DNA of 64,000 nucleotides from Calditrichota bacterium. Its GTDB lineage: Bacteria > Calditrichota > Calditrichia > Calditrichales > Calditrichaceae. Position 1 is the stretch's first letter, and the number at the start of each line of letters is the position of its first letter. This document shows positions 56,100 through 64,000 of this stretch, piece after piece. The position numbers and the translations under genes were made by a program. The stretch spans positions 1,622 to 65,621 of the forward strand of contig JAADIP010000158.1 in NCBI GenBank assembly GCA_013151275.1, in the 5' to 3' direction. Below the pieces are notes generated by a model, which saw nothing but the letters and a program-made list of their open reading frames with translations, was not told the origin of the DNA and did no database searches.

Positions 56100-57020
56100 T
56101 CATTGCGCTTGCCTAATTTTATCGATCATGGTCTTAAGATAGTACAACGGATTATCCGGTAAATCAATGTTAAAGACGGATTTGAATCTGCTTACGTCTG
56201 CCGTAAATTTTACAACCTCAACCGTTCTGGGAGGATCAACGACAATCTTATTTTTCGTTTTGGTTAATCTCATAATTTGTTCCGCCAGTTCAAAGAGCGT
56301 TGTTCCTTTTCCCGAACCGATATTTGTCGGACCGCCGGGCGCCTCGGTATTGTTCATGGATTCCATCAGCGCGGCAACGACTATTTCGATCGAAACAAAA
56401 TCGATGACCTGTTTGCCGCCGTAAATATGAATATCCCGATGCTTAAACACATTATTTAAAAAGATCGGAATAACCCGGTCGAAATCCCTTTCGCCGTAAA
56501 CATTAGCCAGCCGCAGAATTACAACTTCAAAGTCGTTCATGTTTTGAAAGACCTCGCAATACTTCTCTCCCGCCACCTTACTTGCGCCATAGATATTTTT
56601 TGAAGAGAGGGGGTGTTTTTCATCGACCGGCAGATATTGCGCTTCGCCGTAAGCTTCGCGGGAAGAAGTAAAAATAACCCTTTTTACTCCGGCGGCTTTG
56701 CACGCCTTTAGTACGTTGAATGTTCCGACCACATTTGTTTTAAACGAGTAATTAATATTCTGCACCGCGCCCATCACGTTCGATTGCGCAGCCAGATGAA
56801 AGACAATCTCACAGTCGCGGCAAGCGTCCCGAACCTGCTCGTAAAAACGGATATCTCTATTTAAAAATTCAATCTTTCCTTTTTTCAGATGATTTTTTAT
56901 GTTTTCGATTTTACCTCTGAACAAATTATCCAAAACGCGAACCGAATATCCTGCGCCGACTAAACGATCGACCAGATGGCTCCCGATAAATCCCGCTCCG
57001 CCCGTTACAAGAACCCGCAT
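56100..57020 (-). CDS. NAD-dependent epimerase/dehydratase (UDP-glucose 4-epimerase-like)
   Basis: GGAGFIGSH, FHLAA, TSS, YGASK, LRLANVYG motifs intact. Confidence 0.92.
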   Translation of the reverse strand: MRVLVTGGAGFIGSHLVDRLVGAGYSVRVLDNLFRGKIENIKNHLKKGKIEFLNRDIRFYEQVRDACRDCEIVFHLAAQSNVMGAVQNINYSFKTNVVGTFNVLKACKAAGVKRVIFTSSREAYGEAQYLPVDEKHPLSSKNIYGASKVAGEKYCEVFQNMNDFEVVILRLANVYGERDFDRVIPIFLNNVFKHRDIHIYGGKQVIDFVSIEIVVAALMESMNNTEAPGGPTNIGSGKGTTLFELAEQIMRLTKTKNKIVVDPPRTVEVVKFTADVSRFKSVFNIDLPDNPLYYLKTMIDKIRQAQ

Positions 57021-57556
57021 TTCCGCTCCTTAAGGTTTTTTGAGTTGAGTTATTTATCGTCTTTTTTTTAGATAAGATTAGCAAATTCAGGATTTTGAAA
57101 GCAGCGGAAAACAAATTGATCCGGCAACAGAAACCCCTGAAAAGATCAAGTATCAGGGCGTCTTACGCGTCGAATTATTCCGCTGCGCTTAGCGTTCGGC
57201 AAAAGGATAAATTCGGTTTAAGGGAATCGTCTGTTTTCAGAAATTCGATCTGCCGCAACCGGACAAAAATTAATCAACGCCCTTAAAAATTCCCCTGCCG
57301 ATTATCCGAATAATTAAAGTAAAAACGCAAATTTCGGCTTATTAAAACAAATTTTTAGCCGTCCGGCAACAAATATTTAAATTCTTCAAAAAACAATCAA
57401 AAATTTTTTTACTCTATTTTAATAATAAACAAACCTTTTGATAAAATACAAAAATATAGTGAATAATTTGCTTTGATTTTTTTAATGCTTTAAATTCAGA
57501 CCTTCGTTTTTTTTGGTAAAATCGTGTTGTGAATGTTACAGTAGAGGAAACGATTT

Positions 57557-57955
57557 ATGACGGGTTTTTACATTGCTTTGATTTTTTTCGTTACCGGCAT
57601 GTTTTTAGTTGCGGTAACATTATTATTTTCACGCTTACTTCAAACCAAAAAGCCTTCGCCCGATAAATATCTCACCTATGAGTGCGGTGAGTTACCTCAG
57701 GGAGGCGCCTGGATTCGCTTTAATAACCGCTTTTACATCATCGCTCTTATTTTTATCATCTTTGACGTGGAAATTGTCTTTATGTTTCCGTGGGCGGTTG
57801 TTTACGGCAAAATAGGTTTGCTCGCGTTTGTCGAGATGTTCATTTTTATTGTTGTTCTGTTGGTTGGTCTGGCTTATGTTTGGGCTAACGGCGACCTGCA
57901 ATGGGTTAAGCCTCGTCCGAAACTTGAGCATCTACCTAAAGCGAAAGGGAAATAA
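57557..57955 (+). CDS. nuoA: NADH-quinone oxidoreductase subunit A
   Basis: [29 protein letters not shown]. Confidence 0.96.
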   Translation: MTGFYIALIFFVTGMFLVAVTLLFSRLLQTKKPSPDKYLTYECGELPQGGAWIRFNNRFYIIALIFIIFDVEIVFMFPWAVVYGKIGLLAFVEMFIFIVVLLVGLAYVWANGDLQWVKPRPKLEHLPKAKGK

Positions 57956-57957
57956 TA

Positions 57958-58449
57958 ATGAGCGAGACTATAGATCCCGGTTTGAGAAATAACGTCTTAT
58001 TTACCACCATGGATAAACTGTTTTCCTGGGCGCGGCAGGGTTCTCCCTGGCCCATCACATTTGGTCTTGCCTGTTGCGCTATTGAGATGATGGCAACCGG
58101 CGCTTCCCGTTTTGATCTGGACAGATTGGGAATGTTTTTTCGCCCCAGTCCGCGGCAATCGGACATAATGATAGTTTCGGGAACGGTTACCATTAAAATG
58201 GCTCCCTTGCTCAGGCGTTTGTACAATCAGATGCCGGAACCCAAATATGTTATTTCGATGGGCAGTTGCTCCAACAGCGGCGGTCCTTACTGGCAGTACG
58301 GCTATCATGTTTTAAAAGGCGTCGATCAAATTGTTCCCGTGGATGTTTATGTGCCCGGCTGTCCGCCGCGCCCCGAAGCCTTGATCGACGGCATTCTGCA
58401 ATTAAAAGAAAAAATCAAGAACGAGCGTATTTTCTCCAAAAAAGGATAA
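57958..58449 (+). CDS. nuoB: NADH-quinone oxidoreductase subunit B
   Basis: [42 protein letters not shown]. Confidence 0.97.
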   Translation: MSETIDPGLRNNVLFTTMDKLFSWARQGSPWPITFGLACCAIEMMATGASRFDLDRLGMFFRPSPRQSDIMIVSGTVTIKMAPLLRRLYNQMPEPKYVISMGSCSNSGGPYWQYGYHVLKGVDQIVPVDVYVPGCPPRPEALIDGILQLKEKIKNERIFSKKG

Positions 58450-58453
58450 TACT

Positions 58454-58960
58454 ATGGAAGCCAAAGAAATTTATCAAAGACTAAAGGACGCTTTTCAGGA
58501 CGATATTTTGGAGTTTAATGCAGAGGTTTTGCAGCCCTTCATAAAAATATCTCCCGATAAGACGGAAGAAATTGCTCAGTTTTTACGTGATGAAGATGAT
58601 TTGGAATTCGACTATTTAATGTGCCTTTCCGGTTTGGATTTAGGCGAAAACCTCGGCGTTGTTTATCATCTCTATTCCATGAAATTTAATCATAAAATCG
58701 TTTTAAAGACCGAGGTCAGTAAAGAACAGCCAAACGTCAATTCCGTTGCGGATATATGGCGCACAGCCGATTGGCATGAGCGCGAAGCTTATGACTTATT
58801 GGGCATTAATTTTGTGAACCATCCCGATCTGCGCAGGATACTGCTTCCCGACGACTGGGAAGGTCACCCCTTGCGCAAAGATTATCAACCGCCAAAATCA
58901 TGGCACGGAATCCCTGTTACTTTAGCAAATGAGGAAGAACAAGATGGCGCAAACGAATAA
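58454..58960 (+). CDS. nuoC: NADH-quinone oxidoreductase subunit C
   Basis: WHEREAYDLLGINF..HPDLRRILLPDDWEGHPLRKDY. Confidence 0.96.
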   Translation: MEAKEIYQRLKDAFQDDILEFNAEVLQPFIKISPDKTEEIAQFLRDEDDLEFDYLMCLSGLDLGENLGVVYHLYSMKFNHKIVLKTEVSKEQPNVNSVADIWRTADWHEREAYDLLGINFVNHPDLRRILLPDDWEGHPLRKDYQPPKSWHGIPVTLANEEEQDGANE

Positions 58961-60110
58961 TTTTCCCGAAACGCGATTCGAGCTGGAAATTCCGGATCCT
59001 CTCAAAACGGACGAATTTATTTTAAATATGGGTCCGCAGCACCCCAGCACGCACGGCGTTTTAAGAGTGCTGTTAAAAACCGACGGCGAAATTGTCGAAA
59101 GCGCGACTCCTTACATCGGCTATCTGCACCGTACTTTTGAAAAGCACGCGGAGCGTATGACATGGCCTCAGGTTGTGCCTTATGTTGATCGTATGGACTA
59201 CCTGGCGTCAATGAATAATAGTCTGGGTTACGCTTTGGCGGTCGAAAAGATGATGGGTCTGGAGGTTAACGAGCGGGCTCAGTACTTACGAATCATTGTT
59301 TCCGAGCTTAATCGTATTGCCAGCCATCTGGTCTTTTTGGGAACTTACGGTCTGGACGTGGGAGCTTTTACTCCCTTTTTGTACGGCTTTCGCGAACGGG
59401 AGCGAATTATTGATCTGTTCGAAGAAATTTCCGGCGGACGTCTGCTGTACAATTACATCTGGATTGGCGGCGTCGCCTTTGACGCTCCGGACGGCTGGTT
59501 GGAGAAGGTCAATGAATTTTGCGATTATTTTGAACCTAAAATAAAAGAATACAACGACCTTCTTACGTTTAATAAAATTTTCATCGAACGCACAGCCAAT
59601 GTCGGCGTAATACCCGCCGATCTTGCCATTAATTACGGATTAAGCGGACCCACTCTGCGCGGTTCGGGCGTAAATTTTGATCTCCGCAAAAATGATCCGT
59701 ACTGCATTTATGACCGCTTTGATTTTAACGTGTGCATCGGTAAAGGCGAACAGGGAACGGTCGGCGATTCCTGGGATCGTTACTATGTTCGCATCGAAGA
59801 GATGGTTGAATCGGCAAAAATCATTCGTCAGGCTGTTAATCAAATTCCGGACGGGGACGCCAAAGAAACAGTTCCCAGAAATGTCAGAGTACCTGCCGGC
59901 GAAATTTATTTCAGAACGGAAACGCCGCGCGGCGAGCTGGGCTATTACATTGTTTCCGACGGCGGGAAAAATCCGGTTCGGGTAAAAGTAAGAGCTCCGG
60001 CTTTTTGTAATTTAAGCATCCTGCCGGCTGTGGCGCGCGGAACCATGGTTGCCGATCTTGTGGCAATTTTGGGAAGCCTTGATATCGTTCTTGGAGAAAT
60101 TGATCGCTAA
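58944..60110 (+). CDS. nuoD: NADH-quinone oxidoreductase subunit D
   Basis: NMGPQHPSTHGVLR, GYLHR, DRMDY, ETPRGE, LGSLDIVLGEIDR; probable ATG 58944 (ORF track 58929). Confidence 0.97.
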   Translation: MAQTNNFPETRFELEIPDPLKTDEFILNMGPQHPSTHGVLRVLLKTDGEIVESATPYIGYLHRTFEKHAERMTWPQVVPYVDRMDYLASMNNSLGYALAVEKMMGLEVNERAQYLRIIVSELNRIASHLVFLGTYGLDVGAFTPFLYGFRERERIIDLFEEISGGRLLYNYIWIGGVAFDAPDGWLEKVNEFCDYFEPKIKEYNDLLTFNKIFIERTANVGVIPADLAINYGLSGPTLRGSGVNFDLRKNDPYCIYDRFDFNVCIGKGEQGTVGDSWDRYYVRIEEMVESAKIIRQAVNQIPDGDAKETVPRNVRVPAGEIYFRTETPRGELGYYIVSDGGKNPVRVKVRAPAFCNLSILPAVARGTMVADLVAILGSLDIVLGEIDR

Positions 60111-60130
60111 CGAAATGATATGAGGAAGGT

Positions 60131-61186
60131 ATGGAACCAATTTTGAAACTTTTTACTGACCTGCTACCCGGTCTTTCGCAACTACCCTATTGGTTGCTGG
60201 CTACCCTGGCTGCTTTGATAGCCGCCCTGGTGCTTTTCGGATTTATCGCCGTCTTTGCGCTGTTTGCTATATGGCTGGAACGTAAAATTTCGGCGCACAT
60301 GCAAGACCGGCTGGGACCTATGGAAGTCGGCGGCTGGCACGGCTGGGCGCAGACCATTGCAGACACATTAAAACTCCTGATGAAAGAAGACATTATTCCG
60401 GAAAAAGCCGACCGCATTCTGTTCAAATTGGCGCCGATGATTGTTTTTTCGGTGTCCATCGCCAGTTTTGTGGTTTTGCCCTGGAGCCGGGACTTTATTC
60501 CCGCCGATCTGAACGTCGGTTTGCTTTACATTCTTTCCATTTCGTCATTGGCAGTCATCGGTATTTTGATGGGCGGCTGGGCGTCGAACAATAAATGGTC
60601 GCTTTACGGAGCGATGCGCTCTGTGGCTCAGATTGTTTCTTATGAAATTCCGATCAGCCTGTCTTTAATCACCGTTATTTTGATTACCGGAACCCTGAGC
60701 ATGCAGGGCATTGTTCAATCGCAGCAGGGAAATTTTTTATCATGGAATATTTTCCACTATTTCCCGTTTATGTTTGTTGCTTTTGTCATTTATTTTATCG
60801 CTTCCCTGGCTGAAGTTAACCGCACCCCCTTTGATCTGCCGGAAGCGGAATCGGAGCTTGTAGCCGGATTCCACACCGAATATTCGGGCATGCGGTTTGC
60901 CTTTTTCTTTTTAGCGGAATACGCCAACATGTTTATCGTTTCCGCCATCGCCGCCACCGCCTTTTTAGGAGGCTGGCTGCCGCCTTTTTCATTTCTCGAC
61001 TTTATTCCGGGACCTTTCTGGTTTTTCGGTAAGGCTCTGTTTTTGGTTTTTGTTCAGATGTGGTTGCGCTGGACTTTGCCGCGCTTACGCGTTGATCAAT
61101 TGATGTACACCTCGTGGAAGGTGTTAACTCCGTTCTCTTTTGTTCTGATTTTGATTGTAAGTTTCTGGCAATTGCTAACTCTGTAA
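60131..61186 (+). CDS. nuoH: NADH-quinone oxidoreductase subunit H
   Basis: ERKISAHMQDRLGP, KEDIIP, AEVNRTPFDLPEAESELVAGFHTEYSG, LPRLRVDQLM. Confidence 0.97.
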   Translation: MEPILKLFTDLLPGLSQLPYWLLATLAALIAALVLFGFIAVFALFAIWLERKISAHMQDRLGPMEVGGWHGWAQTIADTLKLLMKEDIIPEKADRILFKLAPMIVFSVSIASFVVLPWSRDFIPADLNVGLLYILSISSLAVIGILMGGWASNNKWSLYGAMRSVAQIVSYEIPISLSLITVILITGTLSMQGIVQSQQGNFLSWNIFHYFPFMFVAFVIYFIASLAEVNRTPFDLPEAESELVAGFHTEYSGMRFAFFFLAEYANMFIVSAIAATAFLGGWLPPFSFLDFIPGPFWFFGKALFLVFVQMWLRWTLPRLRVDQLMYTSWKVLTPFSFVLILIVSFWQLLTL

Positions 61187-61192
61187 TAAAGG

Positions 61193-61735
61193 ATGATTCC
61201 CATGAGAGAATATTTTAAGAATATATACGAAGCAATTGTGACAATTCTGATTGGAATGGGGGTTACCTTCAGGCATCTGTTTGTTCCCTCGGTTACGTTA
61301 CAATATCCGCACGAAAAGCTCAAACTCCCCGAACGATCCCGAATGAAGCTTTTTGTAAATATTGACGACTGCATCGGCTGTCGGCAATGCGAACGCGCCT
61401 GTCCAGTGGATTGTATTACGATAGATACCATTAAAGCAGGCAAGGACGAAGATTTAGGCGCGGCTTCAAACGGTCAAAAAAAGCGCTTCCATGTCACTAA
61501 ATTCGATATCGACATGTCTTTGTGCTGTTTCTGCAATCTGTGTACATTCCCCTGCCCTACCGAGTGTATTTACATGACGCCGGAGTTCGATTTTGCGACT
61601 TATGATCGCAATAATCTGATCTATCATTTTTCGAATTACACTCCGGAGCAGGTACAGGAATTGAAAGAACGGGAAGCACAGCAAAAAGCGGCTCTGGCAA
61701 ATGCCAAAACCGGAAAAAAGCCGGAGCAAAAGTAA
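61193..61735 (+). CDS. nuoI: NADH-quinone oxidoreductase subunit I
   Basis: TLQYP; two 4Fe-4S motifs CIGCRQCERACP and CCFCNLCTFPCP; probable start ATG 61202. Confidence 0.95.
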   Translation: MIPMREYFKNIYEAIVTILIGMGVTFRHLFVPSVTLQYPHEKLKLPERSRMKLFVNIDDCIGCRQCERACPVDCITIDTIKAGKDEDLGAASNGQKKRFHVTKFDIDMSLCCFCNLCTFPCPTECIYMTPEFDFATYDRNNLIYHFSNYTPEQVQELKEREAQQKAALANAKTGKKPEQK

Positions 61736-61799
61736 AATTTGTAAATTCGGAAAATCGATCTGTAGTCAAATAGATTAGAGAAAAGCGGAGAAAAATTGA

Positions 61800-62303
61800 A
61801 TGGAAATGCAGGAAGTTTTATTTTACGCTATTATGGCGTTTACGATTTTTTCTGCGGTCATCGTTGCTTTTGCTAACAAGCTCATCCATTCTGCGTTTGC
61901 CCTGCTGTTTACTTTTGTAGGATTTGCAGGACTTTATATTTATTTAAGCGCAGATTTTCTGGCTGTTACTCAGATTATCATCTATGTCGGAGGTATTCTG
62001 GTATTGATTTTATTCGGCGTATTGATGACGCAAGATATTTACGACGTAAAAGCCATAGCGGCTCACAATCCTTTGCTGCTAAGTTTGGGCGGCGGCGCTT
62101 TTACCGCCATTATTATAGCGGTTCTTATAAGTAAAAAACCATGGTTTACCTTGTTAAACAAGGAATTTGCACCTACTACCGCCACTATCGGCAAGTTGAT
62201 TTTGTATGAATATCTTTTACCTTTTGAAATTGCCTCAATTTTACTTTTGGGAGCTTTAATAGGAGCCGTTTATCTTGCACGTGCGGAGGACAAGGACAAA
62301 TGA
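61800..62303 (+). CDS. nuoJ: NADH-quinone oxidoreductase subunit J
   Basis: LSADFLAVTQIIIYVGGILVLILFGVL, YLLPFEIASILLL. Confidence 0.94.
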   Translation: MEMQEVLFYAIMAFTIFSAVIVAFANKLIHSAFALLFTFVGFAGLYIYLSADFLAVTQIIIYVGGILVLILFGVLMTQDIYDVKAIAAHNPLLLSLGGGAFTAIIIAVLISKKPWFTLLNKEFAPTTATIGKLILYEYLLPFEIASILLLGALIGAVYLARAEDKDK

Positions 62304-62605
62304 ATTCAATAATTCCTTATTTGATTGTCGGCGCTATTGTTTTTGTGCTTGGTATTTTTACCATTGTTTACAAAAAAAATGCCGTCGGAATTTTAATGGG
62401 CGTCGAGCTGGTGCTGAATTCGGTTAACATCAATTTTATTGCTTTCGCCAAATTTGTTGACACGGGCATCCACGGTCAGATTATCTCTATTTTTGTGATT
62501 ATTCTTGCGGCAGCCGAAGCGGCGATTGCTCTGGCTATTATTCTGAATATTTATCGCATGAAAGCCACTGTTGACGTGACACAATTGAATAAAATGAAAC
62601 ACTAA
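62300..62605 (+). CDS. nuoK: NADH-quinone oxidoreductase subunit K
   Basis: LMGVELVLNSVNINF, LAAAEAAIALAII. Confidence 0.95.
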   Translation: MNSIIPYLIVGAIVFVLGIFTIVYKKNAVGILMGVELVLNSVNINFIAFAKFVDTGIHGQIISIFVIILAAAEAAIALAIILNIYRMKATVDVTQLNKMKH

Positions 62606-62627
62606 TAAAGCGATTGCAGGAGAAAAT

Positions 62628-64000
62628 ATGATAACGCTTGCGCTTTATATCTGGTTACTGCCTCTACTGGCGTTCACAATTCAAATTTTTCTTGGTAAAC
62701 GACTACCCCGTAAGGGCGATTGGGTCTCGGTTTCTGCGATCGGAATCTCCTTTGCTCTCTCTTTAATTCTGTTTATTCGAATGTTATCGAATTACTCGCC
62801 GGACTTTCAGGTAACCGCCTCCGTGCCATGGATTAATATCGGACAGTTCAAAATCGATATGGGAATTTATATCGATAATTTTGCAATTGTCATGCTCATG
62901 GTTGTTACAACGGTTAGTTTTCTGGTTCACGTCTATTCCATCGGTTACATGGCGGGAGATCCCTTATACAACCGTTTTTTTGCCTACCTGTCGCTCTTTA
63001 GTTTTTCGATGCTGGGTCTGGTTTTGTTCGACAATTTATTCGGCATTTTTGTCATGTGGGAATTGGTGGGAATTTGTTCCTACCTGTTGATCGGCTATTA
63101 TTTTGAAAAAGATTCAGCCGCCAACGCCGGTAAAAAAGCGTTTATTACAAACCGCATCGGCGATTTCGGATTTTTATTGGGTCTGTTGGTTGTGTTTACA
63201 GCCATCGGAAGCTTTAACTTATCTGATGTTTATCAGGGCGTGGCTCAGGGAAAATTGAGCGGCGGTTTACTCACTGCTGCGGGAATTCTTTTGTTTTGTG
63301 GAGCTATAGGGAAGTCGGCTCAGTTTCCGTTGCACGTATGGCTGCCGGACGCCATGGAGGGCCCCACCCCTGTTAGCGCTTTAATACACGCCGCGACTAT
63401 GGTGGCAGCCGGCGTGTATCTTGTGGCTCGGATTTCGTTTATGCTTTCATTCGACGCCATGTTGGTGGTCGCTTATATCGGCGGTTTTACCGCGCTTTTT
63501 GCGGCAACCATTGCCATCACCCAAAACGATATCAAACGCGTGCTGGCTTATTCCACCATCAGTCAGCTTGGCTACATGATCATGGCTATGGGCGTGGGCG
63601 CTTATTCAGCCGGTTTTTTCCACCTGGTAACTCACGCCATGTTTAAAGCCGGTCTGTTCCTTGGTTCCGGTTCGGTAATCCATGCCATGCATCACGCCAT
63701 GGAAAAAACGAACGTTCACGAAGACCCCAATGATATCCGTTTGATGGGCGGCTTTAAAAACAAAATGCCGGCTACTTACATTACCTTTTTGGTCTTTACT
63801 CTGGCAATTTCCGGAATCCCCTTCTTCTCCGGATTTTTAAGCAAAGACGCAATTTTAGGCGGAACTCTTGCTTTTGCCATGAGTCAGTCTAATCCGGTTC
63901 ATTATTTGCTTCCTTTCTTTGGTTTTACGGCGGCTATTATTACCGCTTTTTACATGTTCCGAGTGGTCATCAAAACCTTTTACGGCGAACCTAAACGTCC
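62628..64000 (+). CDS. nuoL: NADH-quinone oxidoreductase subunit L, 3' end runs off the window
   Basis: Translated by hand from ATG 62628 (AGGAG RBS): ...YSIGYMAGDP.YNRFFAYLSLF, WELVGICSYLLIG, NRIGDFG, GKSAQFPLHVWLPDAMEGPTPVSALIHAATMV. Confidence 0.96.
   Translation, partial: MITLALYIWLLPLLAFTIQIFLGKRLPRKGDWVSVSAIGISFALSLILFIRMLSNYSPDFQVTASVPWINIGQFKIDMGIYIDNFAIVMLMVVTTVSFLVHVYSIGYMAGDPLYNRFFAYLSLFSFSMLGLVLFDNLFGIFVMWELVGICSYLLIGYYFEKDSAANAGKKAFITNRIGDFGFLLGLLVVFTAIGSFNLSDVYQGVAQGKLSGGLLTAAGILLFCGAIGKSAQFPLHVWLPDAMEGPTPVSALIHAATMVAAGVYLVARISFMLSFDAMLVVAYIGGFTALFAATIAITQNDIKRVLAYSTISQLGYMIMAMGVGAYSAGFFHLVTHAMFKAGLFLGSGSVIHAMHHAMEKTNVHEDPNDIRLMGGFKNKMPATYITFLVFTLAISGIPFFSGFLSKDAILGGTLAFAMSQSNPVHYLLPFFGFTAAIITAFYMFRVVIKTFYGEPKR

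Noticed and set aside
57110-57160. SAM-I or purine riboswitch (CGGCAAC, CTGAAAAGAT, GTTTCT words)
   Set aside because: Motif order, spacing and loop consensus do not fit either family.

Overview
Bacterial chromosomal window with no rRNA, tRNA, CRISPR array, transposase or reverse transcriptase that I can recognise. Gene content (YPNPFN-type T9SS-like C-terminal domains, Bacteroidetes-type AMP nucleosidase, DUF4296 lipoprotein, lipid A acyltransferase) suggests an FCB-group organism such as Calditrichota; this is inference only. Housekeeping blocks are rimP-nusA-infB-DUF503-rbfA-truB-ribF (1-6.8 kb), rpmB, mlaEF and a nuoABCD-HIJKL operon with no nuoEFG (57.5-64 kb). Most notable: (1) three tandem secreted-protein genes (10.9-21.8 kb): a 1.76-kaa beta-helix-repeat protein with dockerin plus cohesin, a three-cohesin scaffoldin-like protein, and a 173-aa-repeat protein with a near-identical internal DNA duplication; (2) a co-oriented epimerase / STAS / RsbW-like / NTP-transferase-phosphoglycosyl-transferase fusion / debranching-enzyme-like cluster (51-57 kb) in which the last two proteins have lost canonical catalytic motifs; (3) a modular family of intergenic repeats (7-mer microsatellites, a G-quadruplex-type GGGTTAA array, a 79-bp palindrome in a 223-bp tandem duplication, and a 69-bp repeat starting at stop codons that brackets a two-component operon in inverted orientation); (4) an FG-GAP-repeat sensor kinase paired with a sigma54 activator lacking its DNA-binding domain; (5) a TsaC-LMW-phosphatase fusion, a peptidase/propeller/Omp85 gene coupled to mlaEF, and an AT-rich type II RM pair.
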